This document shows positions 12,001-22,730 of a DNA stretch of 64,000 bases, in pieces. Location of the stretch: contig JANHCV010000004.1 of assembly GCA_025594325.1 (NCBI GenBank), positions 1,054,001 to 1,118,000 on the forward strand, in the 5' to 3' direction. A program made the translations under genes and the position numbers. This DNA is from Blastocladiella emersonii ATCC 22665. Its lineage: Eukaryota > Fungi > Blastocladiomycota. Positions within the stretch are counted from its first letter, which is position 1, and each line of letters starts with the position of its first letter. The notes under the pieces were generated by a model. That model saw only the letters and a program-made list of their open reading frames with translations, searched no databases and was not told the origin of the DNA.

Positions 12001-12518
12001 TACCCCGCCGAGGACGACGGGTACAGGGGCTGCGGCGGGTACGCGGCGCCGGTCGGCGCGACGAGCGGCGTGCCGCCGCCCGAGGGAGCCGCGGATCCGT
12101 CGCCGCCCGGAAAGGGCGGGGGTGGCGAGTAGTACTGCTGTTGCTGGCCGTTTCCACCCTGCTGCGGCTGCATCATGGTCTGCTGTTGCTGCTGTGCCTG
12201 CTGCTGGTACGACCGCATGTGCGGCGGGAGCGGGCGTCCCTGCGGCGCCGGCGCGGAAGGAGCAGCCGACACGGGCGGGGGCGCGGGTCCCGCGCCGTAC
12301 GCGTAGGGCGAGTGCATGGCACCGGGCCCGCCGGGACCCGGGTGGCCCGGGAACTGCATGGGCGGCAGGCTGCCGAGGAACTGATGGGGAGAGGGCAGCG
12401 CGGGGAGCGGCGGCGGGCCGGCCGAGGACGAAGCGGGCGCCGAGGTCGGCGGTTGCGGCGGGCCCGCGGCCGAGGTGGGCGGAGGCGCGGATCCGGGACC
12501 GGATCCGGGGCCCGACAT
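9091..12518 (-). CDS. Q/P/G/H-rich protein with C-terminal Sds3/BRMS1/Dep1-like coiled-coil domain (putative Sin3-Rpd3L component), 2 introns
   Basis: About 900 aa low-complexity N-terminus, then KYLQHKDVYYDKARYELERGIKDLLD|NTDAEFNFAVEDLSMKIQERIFRAK...EQYRSDVDLLKLRMLTEVGVKKRRLEEER and L.DEDLVADMGLI. GTACG donors restore the frame. Confidence 0.6.
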
Positions 12519-12898
12519 GGGAGCGCGTCGATGAAGAGGGGAGGGGAAGCGAGCGCGGCTAGACAGTGGGAAGGATGCGCGCGTCGTCAGCGCCCTGCCC
12601 GCGTCGTGTTGCATTGAGGGGGAGCGTGGTACATGGGCGCAGCGGGTGCGTGTGCGTGAGCGGGTGCGGGCAGTTGCGTTCGGCAAGTAATTGCGCTCGG
12701 CTGGGCGGGCGGATCGCTTTGCAGTGTTGAGGGGAGGAGGAGAGTGCGCGGCGCGGCGAGCGGAGGGGGGGAGAAAGCGAGGCCCATCGGCGGGCACCCT
12801 CACGTGTGCGAAGGCAGCCCACCGCGATGGACGCGCGGGGACGAAAGGCGTATGGGGAAACTGCTCGACCATGTATGAGGCGAGTAACAACATCATCA

Positions 12899-14256
12899 TC
12901 ACGTCAGGTACATTTTCTTGAGCTCGCGGGCCTGGTACACCTTGCCCGTGCGCGGGCACTTGAACATGCCGTGGTTCTTGGCCGCCATGTCGGCGACGGC
13001 CTTGCGCGAGTAGACGTATCCGTCGGGCGTGACCATGGGCGGGTTGTCCTCGTTCATGAGCGCGCCCGTGATGCGGCACACGTACGTCGAGTTGACCTGG
13101 TGCCCGAGCGGCAGCCCGCGCGCGAGCTCGTGGTACGTGCCCGCCACGCACACGGGGCAGTTGGCGCTGCAGTCCTCGGCCCGCCCGCACTGCGCCGTCT
13201 TGAGCACCGACAGCCCGGCCTGCAGCGTCGACTCGAGCGCCGACTGCGGCGGCAGCGCGTGCAGCGCGAAATTGTCGGCCCGGAACTGCTGCCGCAGCGC
13301 GGCCCACCGCGCGTCGCCGTCGTACAGCGAACGGTACGGCTCGCACTGCGTCGCCGGCGGGAACGCCAGCAGCGCGAGCGCCTGCTGGATCGACGCCATG
13401 TGGGTGTCGGCGAAGGGCGCCAGGTGCGACTTGGCGTACTCGAGCGCGGGCGCGAGCTTGCGCGCCGCCGCCAGGTCAATGAACTCCTGCAGGCGCAGGT
13501 TGAACTCGAGCGTGCTCTTCTGCTTGCGCAGCGCCGTCTTGTTGTCGGCGCACCACGCCAGCGCCTCGGTGCACCGCCGCGCCTCAAGCGCCACCTCGAT
13601 CTTGCGCGCCTGACGGAAGAAATCGAGATCGGCAAAGTGCTCGAGTGGGAGTCGCTTCGAGACGGGTTTCGCGTCGCCCGCCGTGACCATGCCGCCGCTG
13701 CTTGGCGGGTCCGTGTCCATGGGATCATCGCCGGCTGATGTTGCCGCAGCGGGCGGCGCGCCCTTGGCCAGCAGCGTGGCCGACTCGAGGAAGCCCTGGC
13801 GCAGCAGGTAGTCGAGCAGCAGGCGCTGCAGGCGGACGTGCGACCACGACGCGTACGCCGGGTCGTCCTGCGTCTTGATGTGGGCCAGCGCCTGCTGGTG
13901 CGCCAGCCGCGTGCGCACCTGGTCGACGTACAGCGCCTCTTCCTCACGCAGCTCGTTCAGCTACACACACACGCTCCGGGTGAGGACTGTGACTGCGATC
14001 CGCAGCGCGCGCAACGCACCTTGCGCCTCAGCTTGCGCAGGCGGTCGGCGTAGGTGTCGAGGGCCTTGAGCGGGTCGGCGGGGCCCTTGCCCTTGGCCAG
14101 GTCCGAGATGGCCGTGACCACGTTGCCAATCTCCTTCTCCGTGTGCTTCTGCGCCTTGCGGTTGGCCTTGCGCAGCTGCTCGAACGGCAGCTTGACGAAG
14201 GCCGACTCGAGCCCGAGGATCGCGTCCGCGTTCAGCTTGAGCTTGTCGGATGACAT
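12899..14256 (-). CDS. FYV10: GID/CTLH complex RING subunit MAEA/Fyv10, 1 intron
   Basis: N-terminal LESAFVKLPFEQLRKANRKAQKHTEKE, then LisH/CTLH (RLQRLLLDYLLRQG; STLEFNLRLQEFI) and the degenerate RING LPLGHQVNS..CRITG.LMNEDNPPMVTPDGYVYS..FKCPRTG. Confidence 0.93.
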
Positions 14257-14460
14257 TGCAGTGTGCGTGGTTCCTTGCACGGGTTGTTGCAAGTGCGGCG
14301 ATGGGATGGGAAGCGGGGGAGGAGCGGGTTGGCGGCGAACTGAGCAACGCGTCGCACATGACATGACGCCCGGCCGTCCGGAAGCGACCTTGGCTCCTTC
14401 GTCCACCTCTCCCTCCCTCTCCTCACTCCGAGCACGCATCGCCAGATATTTACACACTCC

Positions 14461-16814
14461 ATGCAACCCTCATCGCAGCCCAACCGCGGCGTCAAGCGCG
14501 CCTCCTCGCTCGCCGAGCTGCGCGTATGTCGTCGCCGCTGCCCGTGCTCTGCACGGCGTCGCTGATCGCTCCCAACCGCTGCATCTAGGAGCGGCAACGG
14601 AAGAAGCAGGCGACGCCGGCCCTCGTCAACCCGACGCTCGCCGTCGGCGCTGCCGCCTCGTCGGCCTCCTCAGCAGCTGCACCTCGCCCGAGTCCAGCGA
14701 CGACGACGACCAGGGCCGCGCCCAAGCGCCAGCTCCTGCAACCGCGCTCGCTGTCGTCCAACCAGCCGTCCGTCGCCTCTATCTTCGCCTCGCGCAACGC
14801 GGCCGCCGCCAGGGCCAGCGCGGCCGCGGTAGCGGCGGCCTCCAAGCCGTCCTCGACCTCCGTCTCACGATCCGCCTCCGAGTCGTCGCTCGCGGGCACC
14901 GCCGCGTCCAGCGGGTCCGCGACGCCCGTCGCGCCGCGCCCCACCAGTGCTGATGCGGACGCCGACGACGAGGACGAGGACGAGGAGGAGGACGAGGACG
15001 AGGGTGTCGTTGACGAGACGGCGCAGGCGACGGTGCGCTCGTCGCAGTTCATTTCGCGGCGCCGCCCGCACTCGGCCGAGTCGCCCGCCGCTACCTCACC
15101 CGGCGACGCGCACCCGTTCGACTTTGTCCCCGAATCTTCCTCCACCAAATCGCGCGCACGCGACCCGTTCGCCCTCCTGCGCTCGCTCTCGTCTTCGGGC
15201 TCGCCCTCCACCGCCGCCGACAAGGCCGCGAAACCCGCGCCGGCGCTGAAACGCGTCAAGTCAGCGACCGACTGGAGCGAGTTGGTGCGCGGCGTCGCCA
15301 CGCTGCAGGTCCACGGCACCACCCTGTCGCTCGGCCTGTCCAACGTCGAGGCGTACCGGTCGGGCGCCATCGATGACGCTGACGACGAGGCCGACGACGC
15401 GTGGGACGAGGAGGATGTCGACGGGTGGGCCAACGCGCAGCTCAGCGACGCCGACTGGGACCGCGACGCGGACGAGGATGGGGATGACGAGTACGAGGAC
15501 GACGACGAGGAGCGGAGCGCGGGCCGCGCGCGGCTGCTCGACCGTGTGTTTGGCGTGGACGGGGATGCGGACGACGGCGCGCAGAGCCGGTTCGCGGACG
15601 ACGAGGCGAGTTTCCGGCCCAGCAGCGGGACCGGGTTCGGCAGCTCCGAGGACGGGATCGCCGCGCTGCTCGACGACCAGGACATGGCGATGCGCGTCGA
15701 CGCCGCGCCCGTTGCCGCCAGCACTTCCACCCGACGCTCGCGGTGGTCGCTCGTGCGCCGCATCGCCGTGTACTCGTCGACCCCGCTCGACATGCTGCGC
15801 CCCACCGACCCGCCGTCCGCCGCGTTGCTGTGGCACGAGGCCTTTGACCACTTCTCTGGCCACCCGTCCTTCCCGGCGAACCCGCACGACCCGTCCGTCG
15901 TGCGCCTGTACTCGCACCTGCACCACTACCGGTTCCCTTCCCACCCGCTCTCGCCCGCGTCGCGCGCCGTCGTGATCCGCGCGCTGACCGCGCAGGGCGC
16001 CGGCGACCCGGCCGCGACCGCCGAGCTCGCCGAGTACCGCGCCCTGCAGCGCCAGTGGCAGGCTGCGCTCACGCACCTCGCGGCGCGCGTCGCGCCCGAC
16101 AACGGGTTCTACGTCGTCCACGGTGACAGCTTCACGGCCCTCGTCACGCGCAACGGTGCGGCCTTGAGTAAGAGCACGCGTGGGCTCCGCACTCAGCTGC
16201 GCGAGCGCGGGATCGAGTACTTCCCCGCCGCGGGCAAGCACGCGCGCGAGCGGATCCGCGCGCGGAACTACCACCTCGCTCCCGACGCGGAAACCGCGGA
16301 TGGAAGCGATGGCGACGACGCCATGGACTCCGTCGCCGACCCTCGCGACCACGACGACGAGGGCATGGACAGCGACGGTGGCGACCGCGTGCCGCTGACC
16401 GTGGTCCGCGACACGACCGACGCGCACGACGAGCTGTTCGTCGCGCACCACGGCGCACTCGCGATCCCCGCCGCCTCGGTCCCGTCCCTCATCGCCTTCC
16501 TCGTCGACTTCCCGACGTGGAACGCGCGGTCCGCGCGCGCCGCCGACCCGACGCTCCCCGTGCTCGTGTCCCGCACCCCGTTCATGCACGCGGCGACGGC
16601 GCGCGCCGAGGTCACGCGCGGCGGCAAGGTGTCCGGGTCGGTCCGCGGCGACCAGCACTGGATCCAGATCGACGGGTGGGTGTTCCCCGGCGCGGTCGCG
16701 CGGATCGAGGAGATCGTCCGCGGGATCGTCCCGACCGCGAACGTCGAGGTCACGGTCGACGAGCGCGCTGAGTTTGTGGGCAGGGGGATCGATGAGACGC
16801 TGTACAGTGGGTGA
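14461..16814 (+). CDS. DONSON: DONSON (downstream neighbour of SON) homolog, 1 intron (about 14524-14588)
   Basis: Motifs RWSLVRRIAVYSSTP, QWQAALTHL..R...FYVVHGDSFTALV, KSTRGLRTQLRERGIEY and LPVLVSRTPF align with DONSON W-S-L-K-T-R, PTTRGLREAMRNEGIEF and PPTLLSPVAF blocks as I recall them. Confidence 0.75.
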
Positions 16815-17047
16815 AATAGTATACGAAGATTTTGCAGGATGGACGCGTCGGTGACTCCCTGAATCCCTGAAAAACGCGTAGAAGCCCAGGGCAACGGCCC
16901 ACGTGACCCAGCGTGACGCCTTGGCCGCCACTCGCGACGCTCCGCACGCCGCGCGCGCGCACGCGTGGCCGCCGTTGACCGCGTCGCCGATCACTCGCCG
17001 GTGGGCCCGGGTCTAGTGATACTGACGTCGGGCCTCGTCCCCACTCC

Positions 17048-17074
17048 ACGCATCGACACGCTACGCATCGACAC
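17048..17074 (+). promoter_or_regulatory. Tandem ACGCATCGACAC elements immediately upstream of the RRP15 ATG (representative of a recurrent motif)
   Basis: Two exact copies at 17048-17059 and 17063-17074. The same 12-mer family occurs sense-strand upstream of at least five other starts (see findings). Confidence 0.7.
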
Positions 17075-17075
17075 C

Positions 17076-18221
17076 ATGGGCAAAGTGAAGGCCAAGGCCA
17101 CGTTTGCCATGCGCAAGGGCGCCGCCGCGTCCGCGCCGCCCGCCAAACGCGGCGGCAACGCGCCCGCGCCGACTCGTGGCGGAAAGGCCGCCGCGAAGAA
17201 GGGCGGCCCGTCCCTCTCGAGCGACGACGAGGACGATCGCGCCGCCGAGGAGGCGCTGGATATCACGGACCGCATGAACTACGACGAGGAGTCGGAGGAT
17301 TCCGACGCGGCCGACAGCGATGATGATGATGAAGAGGACGAGGGCATGGATGTGGACGCGAGTGACGACGACGACGAGGATCTGCCGTCCAGAAAAAAGA
17401 AGCCGGGTACGGTCTCCCCCACCCCCGCGCGCCGCGATGGTCTCGCAGCCCTCGACTAACCCGACGCGTGTGTCTGTAGCCAAGAAGTCGCGGCCACTGA
17501 GCGAGGCCATCGCCGACATCCTGTCGGCCAAGCCACCAGCAGCGACGCGGGCGGCGGCGGCGGCGCCGATCCTGTCGCGGACCACGATCGAGCGGCGGCT
17601 CGAGGAGGAGAAGCTCGAGGCCAAGGCGCGCAAGATCGTGGCGAGCGAGAACAAGATCGACTACTCCAAGGAACACGTCATCCCGTCCATCACGGCCGAC
17701 CTCGAGTACGAGAAGCGGTTGCGCAAGGTCGCGACGCGCGGTGGTACGCTCACTCTTTCACGGTCTGGATGGGACGAGCACTTACCCTCTCGCCCCCCTC
17801 GAACGTAGTGGTCAAGCTGTTCAACGCGGTGCGCATGTCGCAGCAAAAGGCCAAGGAGATCCGCGCCGTGGCCAAGAAGGAGACGCTGATTGAGCGGCCA
17901 GCCACCACGCAGAAGGTGGCGTCCACGGCCAAGGCCACCTTCATGGACATTCTGCGCCGCGGGTCCAACAAGCCGCAGACCACCAGTGTCCTGTTCGGCG
18001 ACAAGCCCACGGACGCCAACGCGGCCGAGGCCGACGCAGCGACGGGCATGGAGGAGGAGGCCGGCGACGGCAAGGCCAAGGGCAGCAGCAAGAAGGCGTC
18101 CGACGACGCACACGCCGGCAAGGGCACGTGGAGCGTCCTCGACGACGGGTTCATGCTCGACGCCAAGCTCAAGGACTGGGAAGCCGAGCGCGAGGACGAG
18201 GACGAGATGGAGTACGAGTGA
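17076..18221 (+). CDS. RRP15: Ribosome biogenesis protein Rrp15, 2 introns
   Basis: EEKLEAKARK...KEHVIP....EYEKRLRKVATRG|VVKLFNAVRMSQ and the C-terminal WSVLDDGFM...KLKDW. Confidence 0.9.
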
Positions 18222-18431
18222 GCGAGGTTGCGAGACGCGCGGTGGAGGGTCCCGCGGATCCTCTGCCGACCCCCATATACACGTAAAAATTAGTTTTGTT
18301 GATCGCGATCCTTGGGCAGCGGCGAAGGTCAGGTTCCTCGTTGGTCAGTAGGAGAGCAGAGCGAGCAAGTAAACGGACTGTGTTGTGTGGGGTAGATCAG
18401 GGAGGAGGGAACGAATCAAAAGGAAGGGCAG

Positions 18432-18977
18432 TTAGGCGCCGCGGCGAGCGACCTTGGGCGCCCACTCCTCGACCTTGGGCTCGGTCGTGTTGTAGGGCTT
18501 GAAGCTGGCGGCGGTGCCTGAGGTGTTGGCCGTGTGCGGGGCGATCCACTGCGACTGCGGCAGCTGCGCCTTGAGCTCCTGCGGCGTGCGCGAGTCGGTG
18601 CGGTGGATCCACATGTGCCTGGAGGAGGGCGCGCGGAGCAGTGAGCGCGGGTCGGTTGGGAGCAGGGAGCGAGTATGGCGGCGTACCACTCGGCGGGGAT
18701 CTCCGAGGGGTCAAAGTTGCGCTTCGCGGGGACAACCCAGCGCTCGCGGACTAGCAAGAGTACACTGGAGGTCAGATCAATCGTTCGCCGTGCTAGCGAG
18801 GACGGCAAACGGACCCCAGAGCTCGGTCTTGGTGTTCTCGTAGTACTGGTTGCCCGCGGCGTCGGTGCCGATGAGGGTTCCGGCCTTGACCTCGCCGAGG
18901 GTCATCATCTGGTGCCAGGCCATGCGCGGGCCGACCTTGAGGATGTTGGTGACGTGGCGGGTGATCGAAAAGGACAT
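18432..18977 (-). CDS. NDUFA12: NADH:ubiquinone oxidoreductase subunit NDUFA12 (B17.2), 2 introns
   Basis: GTLIGTDAAGNQYYEN...|RERWV...DPSEIPAEW|HMWIHRT...PHTANTSGT...PYNTTEPKVEEW. Confidence 0.93.
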
Positions 18978-19255
18978 GGTGTTGATGCGTGGTGGTTGAT
19001 GCGTGGTGCGTTGCGTCAAGTCCCAGCGGGGCGCCGTGCTTCGTGGTGCGAGGACGGGAAGAGGCAGCGGAGGAGAATGTGGCGGAGCGGAGCGAGCAGA
19101 GCCGATCCAAAAAACAGCGGGCCGGTTGCCTCGCATCACCTGACGCGCGCGTCGTCGACTTTTCCTCGACTTGCTCGAGCGCGACTCACTCGCCCTCTCC
19201 CGCAGCTCTAAGCAACGCATTCCGCTACGCATCGACACTTGACGCAACCAACGCC

Positions 19256-19707
19256 ATGTCTGCCGCCGCTGCCGCCACCGCGTCGCCACCAGGCACCGCG
19301 CCCGCCGCCGCCACCGACGCGGCCAACCCGAACGACGTGCTCGACCTGACCGAGCACGTCAAGCTCGTGTCGTCGGACGGCTTCGAGTTCATCCTCGACC
19401 GCCGGTGCGCCATGGCCTCGGGCGCCATCAAGGCCATGTTGTCGTCGCCCGCGCGCTTCGCCGAGTCGCACCACAACGTGATCGAGTTCAAGGACATCAA
19501 GTACGTTTTGGGGCGTGACTCGATGGATCGCTACCCCAGCACACTGACGCGACGCCGTCTAGGGCCGTGATCCTGGAAAAGGTGTGCCAATACTTGCACT
19601 ACAAGGTGCGCTTCACGAACTCGTCGACCGAGATCCCCGAGTTCGACCTCGGGTCGCCCGAGATCTACCTCGAGCTGCTCATGGCCGCCGACTTTCTCGA
19701 CTGCTGA
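19256..19707 (+). CDS. ELC1: Elongin C, 1 intron
   Basis: [28 protein letters not shown]...|[14 protein letters not shown]...EIPEF.....[14 protein letters not shown]. Confidence 0.95.
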
Positions 19708-20640
19708 GCGCGGTTTCCCCCTTGTACAAACTATCCCCCTCGCAGAATACACATGACTCCCGTTGACCGAAACACCGTGGATCGCTTCGTGGTCGACTGC
19801 CGTACACCGATGAGCTGTCCTACATCTCCAACGAGAGCGGGTGTGCGAGGAGCTGGAGGAAGGTCCGCGACAAGCACTGGTCGGCGCGTCGGCCAACACG
19901 CGGAGCGCGGTCGAGTCAAGTCCCGCCGCGCAGGCGCTCCCTTCTCTGCTCCCCCAAGAGCCCACACTGCCATGAAACCGCCTTTAACTTCTTGCAACTA
20001 TCTCTCGCGACACTGCTGTGCTTGATGCGCCATCCTGACGCGTGCCTCGTCGCAGCCCAACATCGCGAGTCCAGGCGACCCTGCATGGTTGTGCGTCACG
20101 CCCACGGTCCCAATAGAGACAAGTGATCTGCGCCTTGTTGCATCAGCAGACTTTTGTTTTTGCGTATCATGCTCCTTGGCCAGTCGCCATCAAAAGCGGT
20201 TTGGACTTGGTCGGCTTGGCGCGTCAAGCTCTGCTGCGAGGCCTGACGAATCGGTTGGCTTCCTGCGAGCCGCAAATGCCCCTTCCATCAATCTTCCGCG
20301 ATACGACGCACTCAAATCGTTAATTTGGCGCCGTGACTCGATTTGCATCAAAGATTCCGTACCAGCAGTGAAGTGGCCAAAGCGATTGGCGAGTGCTGAC
20401 TCGATCCGGAGCTGTATGCCTGCCTCTTCGCCAACTACCTTCTCCAGTCATGATGAGCCGGAGGAGCTTCATCCCTGCTTCCTAGACGACTTGTTTATGG
20501 ATTTCGACTCGCGCGGATCTCACTCATGATGTATCGCGCCACCTGATTTACGACTACCATCGACGTTGCTACATTCTCCGCACCCTTCGCTCGACGATTC
20601 GACCGACGGCCTTCGACCAGCTCTTTCCTTGTTGTCCTGC

Positions 20641-20733
20641 CGCGCGCTGTCCGGGCACCTGTCGTGCGAGCGCCATGAAAAGACCGCGCCGCTCGCACGA
20701 CCGGTGCCCTCGGTACAAATCTCACGGCGCGTG
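20641..20733. other. 93-nt long-hairpin element, copy 1 (candidate structured ncRNA or DNA hairpin)
   Basis: Outer stem cgcgcgctgt/acggcgcgtg. Inner stem gggcacc-t-gtcgtgcgagcg/cgctcgcacgac-c-ggtgccc. Loop ccatgaaaagaccgcgc. Confidence 0.75.
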
Positions 20734-21536
20734 GTGGTGGTGATCATTGATGGGCGTCGCAAGCAGCAGTCGGGGCTCAAGTTCGAGGAGCGTTGGTCCA
20801 TCGATTGCGCATTCTTTTTCTGCTTCGCTAGACGACGCTCTGTTTCTCGTGAGTGCAAGTTCGGTTCTATCGTTTTAAACTTGTGGGCTGTTGAAGCACG
20901 AGGCGCGCATCCCGAAACTGAGTGGAACCAGAACAATTTACGTTCTGGGTGTCGCCAGGAGCGGGTCATGCACGTTGCAATCCGGTACGTTATCCTGGCT
21001 AGCCGCTCATCATTGGGCCCTCACGTCCGCGTCTCCCTAGCCCAACCGTGAGCTCGGGCCTGGAGCCCACACAGCGCTTCCGTTGGAGCAGCGTGGGACC
21101 ACGAACTGTTACGTGGTTGGAGCAACGGCCGACTACTTTGTGGCTGTGAACCGGCTATTCAAGTGCGTCCGTGGTCCCGCAGCCCGCCCCTCCTCAAAAT
21201 GTGCGCACTTCTTCGAGTAAAGAAGCAGTTCTCTAACCAAGCGGCTCGAACACGTAGTATTGCGCAGTAGCAGCGAACTAGGTTGCTCCTCTCCTTGGTC
21301 AAGCGGCTTTTCAAATAGCACATGCACGGATCTTCAACATACTTTTGGCTTGACCGCTCTCGAAGCACGAGAACCAAGCATCTCAGCAATTATCATCGCG
21401 GTGTCGGTGCTCGCACTTGCCCGTTGGAGACTCACATGTCTTGTCCTGCCGTACTTTGTGATCTTCGTTTTCACACGCGGGAAGCGCCAAGTCCTAAACC
21501 ACGCGCGGGGTCCATGCCGCTCTCGCATAATCGCGT

Positions 21537-21629
21537 CGTGTGATGTATAGCCATCCCTCGTGCGAGAGCCGTGAAAAGACCGCGTCTCTCGCACGGGCGA
21601 TGCCCTCGGCACTAACCCCACAGCGCGCG
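21537..21629. other. 93-nt long-hairpin element, copy 2
   Basis: Ungapped alignment to copy 1 (offset 896). Stem cgtgcgagag/ctctcgcacg, loop ccgtgaaaagaccgcgt, outer stem cgtgtgatgt/acagcgcgcg. Confidence 0.75.
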
Positions 21630-22357
21630 ATGACGATGGCATTCGACGGAACTCCGCGATCTGCGGTCGGAGTCGGCGATGACCTTATTGATGCGGCGAT
21701 TGCGATAATCGTCGTTGTCTCGCAATAGTTTCTCGATTTTCGACGCATTTTCCTTCGGTCCTCCTCCCATCGAGCTGCTGAAAGCATGAGAGGACCGGTG
21801 TTGCTCGATGACTACTACAACGAGCAAGCGCGGATTCGCGAACAGCATCGCGTATAGTTGTTTGAACAAAGCCAAGAATGCGCGGGACTTTCAGCGCGCG
21901 AATCGCAGTGAGCTCATTGCTCAGGCCAAAGCGCAAGTTCAACGCGCAATGCGGTCTTACTCGTTTTGGACAAACTCGCTCTGGGTACGCCTTAATATCT
22001 GTTCTGCGAATCCGACTGACTGACAGAATTTTATTACTCGGCGCGTAGAAAGGAACAGTCTCGCTCGACAACATGCTTGCTTCGCAATCGCCTGTGCTCG
22101 GGGCCCAATCTTGAGGGAACTTCATTATCGCAGGGAGCGCTTGACGTTATTTCCTGCCGAGTGGCAAGGAGTACACGTAGCATGAAGCTTTTCTCGTTGT
22201 GCGTGTACGACACACGGAGTCGACGGGGTTCGTTCAATTCGACCTGCACGAGCACGTCTCGCTCGAAGCATCAGTTGAGAAGTCAAACCTGCACGCTTGG
22301 TTCATCATGGCTCTCGATCACCTCGCTTCAACAACCTTCTCCGCCCAACTCATCACT

Positions 22358-22450
22358 CGCGCGCCATCCGGGCACCACCCGTGCGGGTGCCGTGAAAAGG
22401 CCGCGTCGCTCGCACACGCGGTGCCCTTGGTTTTTTCTCCGCGACGCGCG
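22358..22450. other. 93-nt long-hairpin element, copy 3
   Basis: Ungapped alignment to copy 1 (offset 1717). Stems gggcacc/ggtgccc and gtgcgggtg/cgctcgcac, loop ccgtgaaaaggccgcgt. Confidence 0.75.
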
Positions 22451-22730
22451 ATGGTGATGATCGCGGACAGACTTGTTCCAGCGTTGGGAACAAGAATATA
22501 ACCATTTCAGCGATCTTCGTACGTGTGCGACTTTCGCTTCGGGGTCGGTGGTGTACGCGGCTCGGTCGACCTGCCGCGAGACGCGTCGCGATATCATGTG
22601 AGCCCTCAGCTGACCGAGTGTCTCGCGTTTCAAGACGCGACTGCTTCGCCGCTCCTCACATCTCAAAGAAACCAACCAGGTTTTGACGAAAAATAATAGG
22701 ATATTAAATAAACACATCAATCACGCCATC

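Noticed and set aside
19966-19985. GCCATGAAACCGCC as a fourth hairpin copy
   Set aside because: Only a partial loop match, with no complementary arms.
20641-22450. Hairpin triplet as a CRISPR array, SECIS, HDV/hammerhead ribozyme or group II intron domain V
   Set aside because: Eukaryotic context with spacers of about 800 bp and no cas genes. RUGA and AA are contiguous rather than separated by helix II. There is no CUGAUGA/GAAA core, the P3/L3 pairing fails, and the AGC-triad hairpin geometry is absent.
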